Below, piece by piece: positions 18,285 to 27,963 of a DNA stretch of 64,000 bases. This stretch comes from an uncultured Chloroflexia bacterium. GTDB lineage: Bacteria > Chloroflexota > Limnocylindria > Limnocylindrales > CSP1-4. The notes below the pieces were generated by a model. The model had not been told where the DNA came from. It saw only the letters and a program-made list of their open reading frames with translations, and ran no database searches. Location: NCBI GenBank assembly GCA_963749705.1, contig CAVVNQ010000002.1, positions 96,001 through 160,000 of the forward strand. Reading direction: 5' to 3'. Each line of letters opens with the position of its first letter. Within the stretch, counting starts at the first letter, position 1. Position numbers and translations under genes: made by a program.

Positions 18285-20270
18285 ATGCCGGCCAACGCCG
18301 GCTTGTCGGACTCGGAGGCTCCCCGTTTGAACGCCAAATTCATGCGCAACGGGATCGTCATGCTCGTCCTCGTGGCGGGCACCGTCGCGCTGCTCTACAC
18401 CTGGGTGAGCTCGTCCACGCCTCAGAACACGACGGGCTACTCCGCGTTCTACTCGGACGTGAAGGCGGGCAGCGTCACCAAGGTCGTCCAGGATGGCGAG
18501 ACGCTGACCGTGACCAAGAAGGACGGCTCCACCTACAACGTCGTCGTGCCGAACTCGATCACGGGCGACGTCTACGCCGACATGCAGAAGGCGGCGGCCG
18601 AGGGTGGCACGACCGCCCAGCTGACGAAGGACATCTACACCAAGGACAAGACGGCCGATACGTCGTGGATCGGGCTGCTGCTCACCGGGCTGTTGCCGCT
18701 GATCGTCATCGGCGGGTTCATCTTCTTCATGATGCGCCAGGCCCAGGGCACCAACAACCAGGCGATGTCCTTCGGCAAGAGCCGGGCGCGCATGTTCCTG
18801 GGCAACAAGACCGTGGTCACGTTCGCGGACGTCGCCGGGGTCGACGAGGCGAAGACCGAGCTCCAGGAGGTCGTCGAGTTCCTCAAATACCCGGAGAAGT
18901 TCAACTCGCTCGGCGCGCGGATCCCGCGTGGCGTGCTCCTGGTGGGACCTCCGGGCACCGGCAAGACGCTGATGGCGCGAGCCGTGGCAGGTGAGGCCGG
19001 GGTGCCGTTCTTCAGCATCTCCGGGTCCGAGTTCGTCGAGATGTTCGTGGGCGTCGGCGCGAGCCGCGTGCGCGACCTGTTCGACCAGGCCAAGCGCAAC
19101 AGCCCGTGCATCGTGTTCGTGGACGAGATCGACGCGGTCGGCCGCCAGCGCGGCGCGGGCCTCGGCGGCAGCCACGACGAGCGCGAGCAGACCCTCAACC
19201 AGATCCTGGTCGAGATGGACGGCTTCGACACCAACACCAACGTGATCGTCGTCGCCGCGACCAACCGGCCGGACGTCCTCGACCCGGCGCTGCTCCGGCC
19301 CGGCCGGTTCGACCGCCAGGTCATCCTCGACCGGCCCGACATGCGCGGCCGGCTCGCGATCCTGAAGGTCCACACCAAGGGCAAGCCCCTCGACAAGACG
19401 ATCTCGGTCGAGGAGGTCGCCCGCCAGTCGCCCGGCTTCTCGGGCGCGGACCTCGCGAACCTCGTCAACGAGGCCGCGATCCTGGCCGCGCGTCGCAACA
19501 AGAAGGTCGTCGGGCAGAACGAGTTCGCCGAGGCGCTCGAGCGAATCGTCGCGGGCCCGGAACGCAAGAGCCGGGTCATCTCCGATGAGGAGAAGAAGAT
19601 CATCGCCTACCACGAGGGCGGTCACGCCGTCGTGCAGCGGATCCTGCCCAAGTGCGATCCGGTCGCGAAGGTGACCATCATCAGCCGCGGCATGGCCCTG
19701 GGCTACACGATGGCCCTGCCGACCGAGGACCGCTACCTGCAGAGCAAGACCGAGTTCGAGGACAAGATCGCGGGCCTGCTCGGCGGCAACGTGTCGGAGC
19801 GGTTGGTGTTCGGTGACACGACCACGGGCGCCAGCAACGACATCGAGAAGGCGACCGACCTCGCCCGGCGCATGGTCACGGAGTTCGGGATGAGCGACCG
19901 GCTCGGGCCGCTGGCCTTCGGCAAGCGGGACGAGATGGTGTTCCTCGGTCGCGAGATCGGCGAGCAGCGCAACTACTCGGACAACGTGGCGATGATGATC
20001 GACGAGGAAGTGCGCGCGATCATCGACCGCGCCTACGACCGGGCCACCGAGGTCCTCACCACCCACCGCGACCGTCTCGACCGGCTGGCCGAGAAGCTGA
20101 TCGCGGAGGAGACGGTGGACTCCGACGACTTCGAGCAGCTGTTCACCGACCTGCCGCCGAAGGAAGGTCGCCATGCCGGCATCCCGCGCGTGATCGCCCC
20201 CGGCACCGATGGCGGCACCTCGCCCGGCCCGGCCGCGCCGGCGCCCAAGCCGTCGCCCCAGCCCGCCTAG
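18285..20270 (+). CDS. ftsH: ATP-dependent zinc metalloprotease FtsH
   Basis: 2 TM helices, [42 protein letters not shown]. Confidence 0.98.
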   Translation: MPANAGLSDSEAPRLNAKFMRNGIVMLVLVAGTVALLYTWVSSSTPQNTTGYSAFYSDVKAGSVTKVVQDGETLTVTKKDGSTYNVVVPNSITGDVYADMQKAAAEGGTTAQLTKDIYTKDKTADTSWIGLLLTGLLPLIVIGGFIFFMMRQAQGTNNQAMSFGKSRARMFLGNKTVVTFADVAGVDEAKTELQEVVEFLKYPEKFNSLGARIPRGVLLVGPPGTGKTLMARAVAGEAGVPFFSISGSEFVEMFVGVGASRVRDLFDQAKRNSPCIVFVDEIDAVGRQRGAGLGGSHDEREQTLNQILVEMDGFDTNTNVIVVAATNRPDVLDPALLRPGRFDRQVILDRPDMRGRLAILKVHTKGKPLDKTISVEEVARQSPGFSGADLANLVNEAAILAARRNKKVVGQNEFAEALERIVAGPERKSRVISDEEKKIIAYHEGGHAVVQRILPKCDPVAKVTIISRGMALGYTMALPTEDRYLQSKTEFEDKIAGLLGGNVSERLVFGDTTTGASNDIEKATDLARRMVTEFGMSDRLGPLAFGKRDEMVFLGREIGEQRNYSDNVAMMIDEEVRAIIDRAYDRATEVLTTHRDRLDRLAEKLIAEETVDSDDFEQLFTDLPPKEGRHAGIPRVIAPGTDGGTSPGPAAPAPKPSPQPA

Positions 20271-20439
20271 ACCCGGAGGGCCCACCCCGAGGGCCCACCC
20301 GCGGCCCCGGCCCGGTCCGGGAACATGTCACCGCAAGGGCGGACCGCCGGTCCGCCCTTCGTGATTCCCGGTGCCGCTACCCGCGCATGGTGACGGCGCT
20401 ACGATCCATGGCATCGACGCCGCATCCATGGAGAACCGA

Positions 20440-21852
20440 GTGACCGACCTCAGCGACGTGCCCGAGACCCCGCCGATCGATGCCGCGGTGGAGGCTGCTC
20501 TCCAGGCGTCCACAGACGCGCGCCGCGAGTCGCTGCTCGAGCTTGCCCGCATTCCCAGCATCTCCGCGCTGCCCGCCCATCGCGACGACATGGTCGCGGC
20601 GGCCGAGTGGGTCGCGGACCGGCTGCGGCGGGTGCGAGCGACCGATGTCTCGGTCGAGGTGACCGCAGGCCACCCGATCGTCTACGGACGCATCCACGAG
20701 GCCGTGGGGGCACCGACCGTCCTGGTCTACTGCCACTACGATGTCCAGCCCGTCGACCCCATCGACCTGTGGGAGACGGCGCCGTTCGAACCCTTCGTCC
20801 GCGACGGCAGGTTCGTGGGCCGCGGTGTGGCCGACGACAAGGGTCAGCTGGTCATGCACCTGAGCGCGATCGAGGCCCTGCGCGCGGCGCACCACCAGAT
20901 CCCGGTCAACCTGACGTTCGTGTTCGAGGGCGAGGAGGAGTTCGGCTCCGACAACCTGCATGCATGGATCGAGGCCAACCGCGACCGCCTGGCCGCGGAC
21001 GCTGCGATCATCAGCGATACGGGCTACTTCGAGGGCAACACCCCGGCGATCACGGTGGGCCTGCGCGGGATCATGTACGCGCAGATCGATGTCGAGCTGT
21101 CGCCCGTCGATCTCCATTCGGGGAGCTACGGGGGCGTGGTCGCGAATCCGGCGAACGCCCTGGCCTCGATCATCACCGCCCTCAAGGGCCCCGACGGGCG
21201 CGTCCGGATCCCAGGCTTCTACGACGACGTCGTGCCGCTCAGCGACGAGGAACGTGCGGCGATGGCCGAGCTCCCGTTTGACGAGGAGGCGTACCGCGCC
21301 TCGATCGAGGTGCCGGCCCTGGTTGGCGAGACGGGCTGGACGGTCCTCGAGCGCAAGGGTGCCCGGCCGACGTTCGATGTCAACGGGATATGGGGCGGCT
21401 TTCAGGGCGACGGCGTCAAGACGATCATCCCCGCCCATGCCCATGCGAAGGTGTCCGCCCGTCTGGTCGCGGACCAGGACCCGCAGCGGGTGTTCGATGC
21501 GCTCCGCGATCACGTGGCGCAGATCGCCCCGCCCGGCGTCACCGTCACGACCACGTACCTCCACGGCGGCAATCCCAGCCTGACACCGACGGACCATCCC
21601 GCCACCCAGGCGGCCGCCCGGGCAATCGAGGCGATCTACGGCAGGCCGCCGGTCTACGTCCGCGAGGGCGGCTCGGTCCCGGTCACCTCGGCGTTCGATC
21701 ACACGCTCGGGCTGCCGGTCGTCCTGCTCGGCTTCACGCAGCCGAACGACAACGCCCACGCACCCAACGAGTGGCTCCTGGTCGACAACTTCGAGCAGGG
21801 CACCCGCGTCATCGTCCGCCTGTGGGACGAGCTGGCGGATCTGCCGCGCTGA
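20440..21852 (+). CDS. M20 family dipeptidase (ArgE/DapE-like)
   Basis: YCHYDVQP, GRGVADDKGQ, EGEEE, DLHSG, AHAPNE; start either GTG 20440 after GGAG or ATG 20428. Confidence 0.9.
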   Translation: MTDLSDVPETPPIDAAVEAALQASTDARRESLLELARIPSISALPAHRDDMVAAAEWVADRLRRVRATDVSVEVTAGHPIVYGRIHEAVGAPTVLVYCHYDVQPVDPIDLWETAPFEPFVRDGRFVGRGVADDKGQLVMHLSAIEALRAAHHQIPVNLTFVFEGEEEFGSDNLHAWIEANRDRLAADAAIISDTGYFEGNTPAITVGLRGIMYAQIDVELSPVDLHSGSYGGVVANPANALASIITALKGPDGRVRIPGFYDDVVPLSDEERAAMAELPFDEEAYRASIEVPALVGETGWTVLERKGARPTFDVNGIWGGFQGDGVKTIIPAHAHAKVSARLVADQDPQRVFDALRDHVAQIAPPGVTVTTTYLHGGNPSLTPTDHPATQAAARAIEAIYGRPPVYVREGGSVPVTSAFDHTLGLPVVLLGFTQPNDNAHAPNEWLLVDNFEQGTRVIVRLWDELADLPR

Positions 21853-22010
21853 TCTGGCCGGCGCGCTGATCTGGCCGGTGCGCGCGCGCCACACCTGACG
21901 CTGGAGGCGGTACCTTCGGCCCATGCCCGCCATCGAGTCGGGTCGCAGACCATCGTGAACCCGGTGCTAGGATGCACCCAAGGGTATCGCTGGCGGGAGG
22001 ACGCACGTAC

Positions 22011-23081
22011 GTGACGACGGAGACGGGGGCAACGCCGAGGGCCACGTGGCGCCTCGAGGGTCCGAACGGGAGCATGCAGCCGCGATCGGCGATCGACGTG
22101 CTCGTTGACCTTAACGACAAGGTCACGACGGGAAAGGTCGGCGAGTACCAGCCCGTGCCCCTGGGCTTCACGCCGCTTGACAAGACGATCGGGACCGGCC
22201 TCCGGGCCGGGGAGCTCCTGCTCATCGGTGGCGCGCAGGGCACGGGCAAGACGACCATGGCGCTCCAGATGGCCAGGAACGTGGCCTCGGGCGGCCAGGC
22301 CAACGTCCTGTACGTGTGCTTCGAGCACGACGAGCTGTACCTGCTCAACCGGCTCATCGCGGCCGAGTCCGCGCTCGCGCACCTGCCCCACAAGACCGGC
22401 GCGATCAAGATCCAGGACGTCCGCAAGGAGATCCTGGGCACCTGGATGGCCGAAGGTGGGGGCGCGGCGCAGCTCGCGTCCAACCCCCGGCTGCGACCGT
22501 CGCTTGACCGGATCGCGCGCTATGGCCAGAACCTGTTCCTGCTCCGTGGCTCGCAGACCGCCAGCACGATCGACGGCCTGCGCGAGCTGATCCGCCAGCA
22601 TCGCGAGCTGTCGGGCGATCGCCGGCTGATGGTCGTCGTGGACTACCTCCAGAAGGTCCCGGTGATCCCCGAGCCGGAGAACGAGTCGGAGAAGGTGACG
22701 TACGTCATCAACGGGCTCAAGGACATCGCGCTGTCCGAGGACGTGCCGATGATCGCGATCGTCGCCGCCGACAAGGAGGGCCTCAAGGCGTCGCGCCTGC
22801 GGAACTACCACCTCCGCGGGTCATCGGCGATCAACTACGAGGCCGACATCATCCTGATCCTCAACGAGAAGTACCAGATCGTCGCCAAGGTCAACATCGA
22901 GTTCAACCCGTACCAGGCGCAGCGGTTCCGCGACTGGGTGATCGTGTCGGTCGAGAAGAACCGGGGCGGCCAGGACCAGGTCGACCTCGAGTTCGAGAAG
23001 CACTTCGAGTTCTCCTGCTTCGACCCCAGCGGTCGGACGGTGCAGGAGAAGCTGATCGAGGAGCGCCTCTACAACGATTGA
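22011..23081 (+). CDS. DnaB-like helicase C-terminal (RecA-fold) ATPase lacking the DnaB N-terminal domain
   Basis: LGFTPLD, GGAQGTGKT Walker A, VVDYLQ Walker B, LRGSSAINYEAD, VEKNRGG; GGGAGG RBS before GTG 22011. Confidence 0.8.
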   Translation: MTTETGATPRATWRLEGPNGSMQPRSAIDVLVDLNDKVTTGKVGEYQPVPLGFTPLDKTIGTGLRAGELLLIGGAQGTGKTTMALQMARNVASGGQANVLYVCFEHDELYLLNRLIAAESALAHLPHKTGAIKIQDVRKEILGTWMAEGGGAAQLASNPRLRPSLDRIARYGQNLFLLRGSQTASTIDGLRELIRQHRELSGDRRLMVVVDYLQKVPVIPEPENESEKVTYVINGLKDIALSEDVPMIAIVAADKEGLKASRLRNYHLRGSSAINYEADIILILNEKYQIVAKVNIEFNPYQAQRFRDWVIVSVEKNRGGQDQVDLEFEKHFEFSCFDPSGRTVQEKLIEERLYND

Positions 23082-23265
23082 GCGCGCCGCTGATCCGGCT
23101 CGCTGCGGCGTTGTCGCCTCCGGATCCTCGCTCGCGCACGTACAAGTGCGCTCGCTGCGGGCCTCGGCTCCGCCTTGCATCGCGCCCGGCTGAGCGGCGC
23201 GCTCGGTCCAGTCCGGGCTGATCCGGCGCCTCGGCGGCGTTGTCGCCTCCGGATCCTCGCTCGCG
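23080..23265. repeat. REP/MITE-like hairpin element plus partial second copy
   Basis: terminal inverted repeat gagcgcgccgct...agcggcgcgctc (23080-23204); exact 32-nt direct repeat at 23105-23136 and 23234-23265. Confidence 0.75.
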
Positions 23266-23562
23266 ATCCGTCGCGGTTCACGCGCCGTGGCCTGCCACGC
23301 CACGAAATCGAGCCCGGGCACATCGCGGCGCTTCAGATGCTGGACTTCGTGGTCTCCGCGACCACGGTACGGGGCTGATCGAGCCCATCGGCGCCCGAAT
23401 CAAGGGATGTTGGGAGGTTTCGTGGCCTGACGCGCCACGGCGGACGCTGGGCCGTCAGGCGGAGTGCGGCCGACATGGCTGACGAACGGACGACCGCTCG
23501 CGCCGTGCCGACGAACGACGTGCGAGCTCCGCTCGGAAACCGGGCGGGGTATCGTTCAGCGC

Positions 23563-24081
23563 ATGACCAGCCGCCACATCGCCGACTTCCCCGATGTCGT
23601 CGAGATCGTCGTCGAGATCCCTCGCGGCAGCCGCAACAAGTACGAGTTCGACGAGGTCGCCGGCGTGTTCCGGCTGGATCGCGTGCTGTCCTCGGCCGTG
23701 TTCTACAACTTCGACTACGGGTTCATCGAGGGCACCCGCGCCGACGACGGCGACCACACCGACGCGCTGCTCGTGATCGACGAGCCCACGTTCACCGGCT
23801 GCCACGTCTGGGCACGCCCGATCGGCGGACTCGAGATGCGCGACGAGAAGGGCTTCGACTTCAAGACGCTGTGTGTCGCCCTCGCGGATCCTCACCAGCA
23901 GCACATCGAGCGGCTCGAGCAGATGCGCCCCCACCGCCTGGTCGAGATCGAGCACTTCTTCGAGACGTACAAGATGCTCGAGGACAAGGATGTCGACGTG
24001 CTCGGCTGGCGCGAGCGGGAGCGCGCGCTCGAGGTGCTGGCCATCGACCGCGGCCGGTTCAACCGCGAGCACGGTGCCTGA
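23563..24081 (+). CDS. ppa: inorganic pyrophosphatase, family I
   Basis: EIPRGSRNKYE, LDRVL, YGFI, DGDHTDAL, IEHFFETYK. Confidence 0.95.
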   Translation: MTSRHIADFPDVVEIVVEIPRGSRNKYEFDEVAGVFRLDRVLSSAVFYNFDYGFIEGTRADDGDHTDALLVIDEPTFTGCHVWARPIGGLEMRDEKGFDFKTLCVALADPHQQHIERLEQMRPHRLVEIEHFFETYKMLEDKDVDVLGWRERERALEVLAIDRGRFNREHGA

Positions 24082-24658
24082 CGGCGAGATCCGACTGTTC
24101 ATCGCGCTGCCGGTCCCGGCTGCGGCCGTGGACGCGTGCCGGACCCTCATCGACAGCGTTCGGACACACGAGGCGTCGGCCGCCGTCCGCTGGGTCCGGC
24201 TCGATGGCCTCCACCTGACGATCCGCTTCCTCGGTCCGACGGCGCCAGACCGGGTGGCGGCGGTCACGGAGGCGATCCGCGACGCCGTTGCGCGGCCGCC
24301 GTTCGCGGTCACCCTGGCGGGCGCCGGCGCGTTCCCCTCGGCGGCGCGACCCCGCGCCCTGTGGCTCGGGATCTCGGACGGTGCCGCTGAGCTGGCGGAG
24401 ATCGGCACGCGCCTCGATGCGCCGCTCGGCGGCCTCGGCTGGCAGCCGGAGGTGCGCCCGTTCCGGCCGCACCTCACCATCGCCCGGACCGACGCCGTGC
24501 CCATCGCGCTCGGTGCCTCGATCGCGGACGCGCTGATGCGCGCCGCCGCAGGCTGGCAGACCACATTCGAGGCGGACCGCGTCGTGCTGTACCGGAGCCA
24601 TCTCGGCCGCGGCGCACCACGCTACGAACCGGTGGCCGAGCTCGCACTTCACGGTTGA
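24074..24658 (+). CDS. thpR: RNA 2',3'-cyclic phosphodiesterase (2H phosphoesterase)
   Basis: RLFIAL start, two HxT motifs (HLTIRF, PHLTIAR), GAFP, LYRS. Confidence 0.9.
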   Translation: MPDGEIRLFIALPVPAAAVDACRTLIDSVRTHEASAAVRWVRLDGLHLTIRFLGPTAPDRVAAVTEAIRDAVARPPFAVTLAGAGAFPSAARPRALWLGISDGAAELAEIGTRLDAPLGGLGWQPEVRPFRPHLTIARTDAVPIALGASIADALMRAAAGWQTTFEADRVVLYRSHLGRGAPRYEPVAELALHG

Positions 24659-24723
24659 TGCACCGCGGCGCAACGCGCTAGGCTCTGCGCACCCCCGTTG
24701 CCGTCACCCGAGGAGTCGCTTCG

Positions 24724-26097
24724 ATGACCCAGGTCGTTCCCCGCCGGACCAAGTTCGTGCTCGACGAGGATCGGATTCCGCGGGCCTGGTACAACGTCAT
24801 CGCGGACCTCAAGACGCCACCACCCCCGCCCCTCCACCCCGGCACGCACCAGCCGATCGGCCCCGCCGACCTTGCGCCGCTGTTCCCCATGGCGCTCATC
24901 CTCCAGGAGGTGAGCACCGATCGTGAGATCGAGATCCCGGATCCGGTTCGCGAGGCGTACGCGCTGTACCGCCCGTCGCCGGTGCACCGCGCGTACCGTC
25001 TCGAGCAGGCGCTCGATACCCCGGCGCACATCTACTACAAGTACGAGGGCGTGAGCCCGGCCGGCAGCCACAAGCCCAACACCGCGTTGGCGCAGGCGTT
25101 CTACAACAAGCAGGAGGGCGTCAAGCGGCTGGCGACCGAGACCGGCGCGGGGCAGTGGGGGAGCGCGCTCGCATTCGCAGGCGCCGTGTTCGGCCTCGAG
25201 GTCAAGGTCTACATGGTACGCGCCAGCTACGACCAGAAGCCGTACCGGCGGATCCTGATGGAGACCTACGGCGCCTCGGTCGTCGCGAGCCCCAGCCCGG
25301 ATACGAACTATGGGCGCGCGGTCCTCGCCGCGACGCCCGACTCGCCCGGCTCGCTGGGCATGGCGATCAGCGAGGCCGTCGAGGACGCCGCCACCCGCGA
25401 CGACACCAGGTACTCCCTCGGGTCCGTGCTCAACCACGTGCTCCTCCACCAGACGGTGGTCGGGCAGGAGGCGATGGAGCAGATGGCGATGGCGGGCGAG
25501 GAGCCCGACGTGCTGATCGGCTGCGCCGGGGGTGGCTCCAACTTCGGCGGCTTTGCGTTCCCGTTCATCGGTCGGATGCTCCGTGGCGAGGCGAGCTACC
25601 GGGTGATCGCCGCCGAGCCGGAGGCTGCGCCGTCACTCACGCGGGGCGTCTACGCGTACGACTTTGGCGATACCGGGCACATGGCACCGATCGTCAAGAT
25701 GCACACGCTGGGCAGCGACTTCATGCCCGAGCCGATCCACGCCGGCGGCCTTCGCTACCACGGCATGGCGCCGCTGGTGTCGCAGCTCAAGGACGAGGGG
25801 TACCTCGAGGCGCGCAGCGTCCACCAGCGCGCCGCGTTCGAGGTCGGGGTCCAGTTCGCACGTGCCGAGGGCATCCTGCCGGCGCCCGAGAGCACGCACG
25901 CGATCAAGGTCGCCGTGGACGAGGCGCTGGCGGCAAAGGAGGCCGGCGAGTCGCGGGTGATCCTGTTCAACCTGTCCGGCCACGGCCACTTCGACCTGTC
26001 GTCCTACGAGCGGTACCTCCAGGGCCGGCTCGAGGATTACGAGTACCCGGCCGAGCGCGTGGCAGCAGCGCTGGCGGCACTGCCCGTCGTGGGCTGA
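24724..26097 (+). CDS. trpB2: TrpB2-type tryptophan synthase beta-like PLP enzyme
   Basis: GSHKPNTA, TETGAGQWGSAL, GGGSNF, IHAGGLRYHG, FNLSGHG. Confidence 0.93.
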   Translation: MTQVVPRRTKFVLDEDRIPRAWYNVIADLKTPPPPPLHPGTHQPIGPADLAPLFPMALILQEVSTDREIEIPDPVREAYALYRPSPVHRAYRLEQALDTPAHIYYKYEGVSPAGSHKPNTALAQAFYNKQEGVKRLATETGAGQWGSALAFAGAVFGLEVKVYMVRASYDQKPYRRILMETYGASVVASPSPDTNYGRAVLAATPDSPGSLGMAISEAVEDAATRDDTRYSLGSVLNHVLLHQTVVGQEAMEQMAMAGEEPDVLIGCAGGGSNFGGFAFPFIGRMLRGEASYRVIAAEPEAAPSLTRGVYAYDFGDTGHMAPIVKMHTLGSDFMPEPIHAGGLRYHGMAPLVSQLKDEGYLEARSVHQRAAFEVGVQFARAEGILPAPESTHAIKVAVDEALAAKEAGESRVILFNLSGHGHFDLSSYERYLQGRLEDYEYPAERVAAALAALPVVG

Positions 26098-26164
26098 GCT
26101 CGATCGGTCGGCCCGACCCATCGGGGGTCGGGTCGCCGGGCTCGCCGACCGCTACGATGCGCTG

Positions 26165-26431
26165 GTGCCAAAGCTCGCCTGCCGCGCCTGCGGTCGCCAG
26201 ATCTACACGGTGTCGCCGCTCGATTCGCTGTTCGCCGAGGAGCGACGCTGCCCACGTTGCGGCGCGCACCTCGATACCGAGCGGCGGGAGGCCGATCGGC
26301 GCGAGGTGAACCGCCGCATCGCTTCGCCCGAGGATCCGGGTCCTCCCGTGGGGCTCGGCGAGCGCCGGCAGGCCGAGCGGCGACGCCAGCGCCGGCGTGG
26401 CGGTGACGGTCCGGGGTGGGCGACCGGCTGA
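26165..26431 (+). CDS. small Zn-ribbon protein with Arg-rich ERR/DRR repeats
   Basis: CRAC...CPRC; TACGAT 6 nt upstream of GTG; stop overlaps the tyrA start. Confidence 0.7.
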   Translation: MPKLACRACGRQIYTVSPLDSLFAEERRCPRCGAHLDTERREADRREVNRRIASPEDPGPPVGLGERRQAERRRQRRRGGDGPGWATG

Positions 26432-27294
26432 TGCGCATCGCCTTCCTCGGGCTCGGGCTGATCGGAGGGTCGGTCGCGCGCGCCCTGCGTGAGGCGTCCG
26501 GGACGCCCTGGTTCATCTCGGCGTGGACGCCGAGCGGCGCCGGGCCCCGAGCGGCGCTCGCGGCGGGTGTCGTGGATACGGCCCCGACCGCCGCCGCCGA
26601 GGCGATCGAGGGCGCCGAGCTGGTGGTGCTCGCGGCGCCGCCGATCGCCTGCCTCGACCTCCTCCGCGACCTCGCCGGCCCGCTGCGCCCGGCCCTCGGG
26701 CCAGATACGGTCGTGACCGACGTGGCGAGCACGAAGCAGGCGATCGTGGCCCGCGCCCGCGACCTGGACCTGCGGTTCGTCGGCGGTCATCCGATGGCCG
26801 GGCGCGAGACGGCCGGCTTCGTGGCCTCGGACCCGGCGATGTTCAGGGGACGCCCGTGGGTCGTCGTCCCGGCCGATGACGCTCCCGCCGTCGCCCGTGT
26901 CGAGGCGCTCGCGGTCGCTTGCGGGGCGCGCGCGGTCCGGATGGACGCCGCGGACCACGATACGGCCGTGGCCGGCATCAGCCATCTGCCGCTGGTCCTC
27001 GCGGCGGCGCTCGTCGAGGCCGTGGCGGGAGGGCCCGGACAGGCCCGGCCGGACTGGCCCACCGCGGCCGGGCTCGCGGCATCGGGCTGGGCCGGCATGA
27101 CCCGCCTCGCGCGCGGCGACGTCACGATGGGCACCGAGATCGTGGCGACCAACGCCCCGGCGATCACGGCCCGGCTGCGAGACTACCGGGACCGGCTGGA
27201 CGAGTGGATCGAGTGGCTCGAGACCGAGGGTGGACCCGATGCCGAGAGCATCCGGTTGCACCTCGCCGCGGCGAAGTCGCGGCTCGGCGACTGA
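26431..27294 (+). CDS. tyrA: prephenate/arogenate dehydrogenase
   Basis: GLGLIGGS, TDVASTK, GGHPMAGRE, HD.AVA.ISHLP, MTRLA. Confidence 0.92.
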   Translation: MRIAFLGLGLIGGSVARALREASGTPWFISAWTPSGAGPRAALAAGVVDTAPTAAAEAIEGAELVVLAAPPIACLDLLRDLAGPLRPALGPDTVVTDVASTKQAIVARARDLDLRFVGGHPMAGRETAGFVASDPAMFRGRPWVVVPADDAPAVARVEALAVACGARAVRMDAADHDTAVAGISHLPLVLAAALVEAVAGGPGQARPDWPTAAGLAASGWAGMTRLARGDVTMGTEIVATNAPAITARLRDYRDRLDEWIEWLETEGGPDAESIRLHLAAAKSRLGD

Positions 27295-27295
27295 G

Positions 27296-27874
27296 GTGGG
27301 CAATCCCGACGAGCAGGTCCTGGTCGTGCCACGGGCATCGATCATCGAGGGCGCCGGGTGGCTTGGGATCCGCCGCGACGGCGTTGCCGAGGCGCTCGCG
27401 ACGATCGCCCGCGAGGGAACGTTCTCGCGGCGTGCCGACGCTGAGGACGACCCCGCGTACAAGCAGGTGATCCCGTACCTCGTACTCCGCGATGGCGAGC
27501 GCTGGTTCCTCATGCGCCGGACCCGGGCCGGCGGCGACGCCCGCCTCCACGACCTGTGGTCGATCGGGGTCGGTGGCCACCTCAACCCGGGCGATGGGGA
27601 CGTGCCCGGCGGGCTCCGACGCGAATGGTCCGAGGAGCTGGTCGCGGACTTCGAGCCCACGTTCACGCCGGTCGGCCTGCTCAACGACGACACGACCCCG
27701 GTCGGCGCGGTCCACGTGGGGATCGTGTACCTCGCCGATGCCGGAGGCCGCCCGGTCGAGATCCGCGAGACGGAGAAGCTCACCGGCAGCTTCGTGAGCA
27801 CCGAAGCGGTGTCACGCGTGCGCGACGCGATGGAGACCTGGAGCCGGCTCGTGTTCGACGCGCTCACCGGCTGA
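27296..27874 (+). CDS. NUDIX-like phosphoesterase
   Basis: AEDDPAYKQVIPY, SIGVGGHLN, GLRREWSEEL, NDDTTPVGAVH, METWS. Confidence 0.85.
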   Translation: MGNPDEQVLVVPRASIIEGAGWLGIRRDGVAEALATIAREGTFSRRADAEDDPAYKQVIPYLVLRDGERWFLMRRTRAGGDARLHDLWSIGVGGHLNPGDGDVPGGLRREWSEELVADFEPTFTPVGLLNDDTTPVGAVHVGIVYLADAGGRPVEIRETEKLTGSFVSTEAVSRVRDAMETWSRLVFDALTG

Positions 27875-27963
27875 TCCCGCCGGATGGGGCGGAGCGGCAC
27901 GCACGCGACGAGCGGTGCGGCACGCGTCCCGCTGAGCGGGGGTGCGATACTCGAACCGGTCCA

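Noticed and set aside
23080-23265. 32-nt direct repeats as a CRISPR array
   Set aside because: There are only two copies, the 97-nt gap is too long for a spacer, and no cas genes are present.
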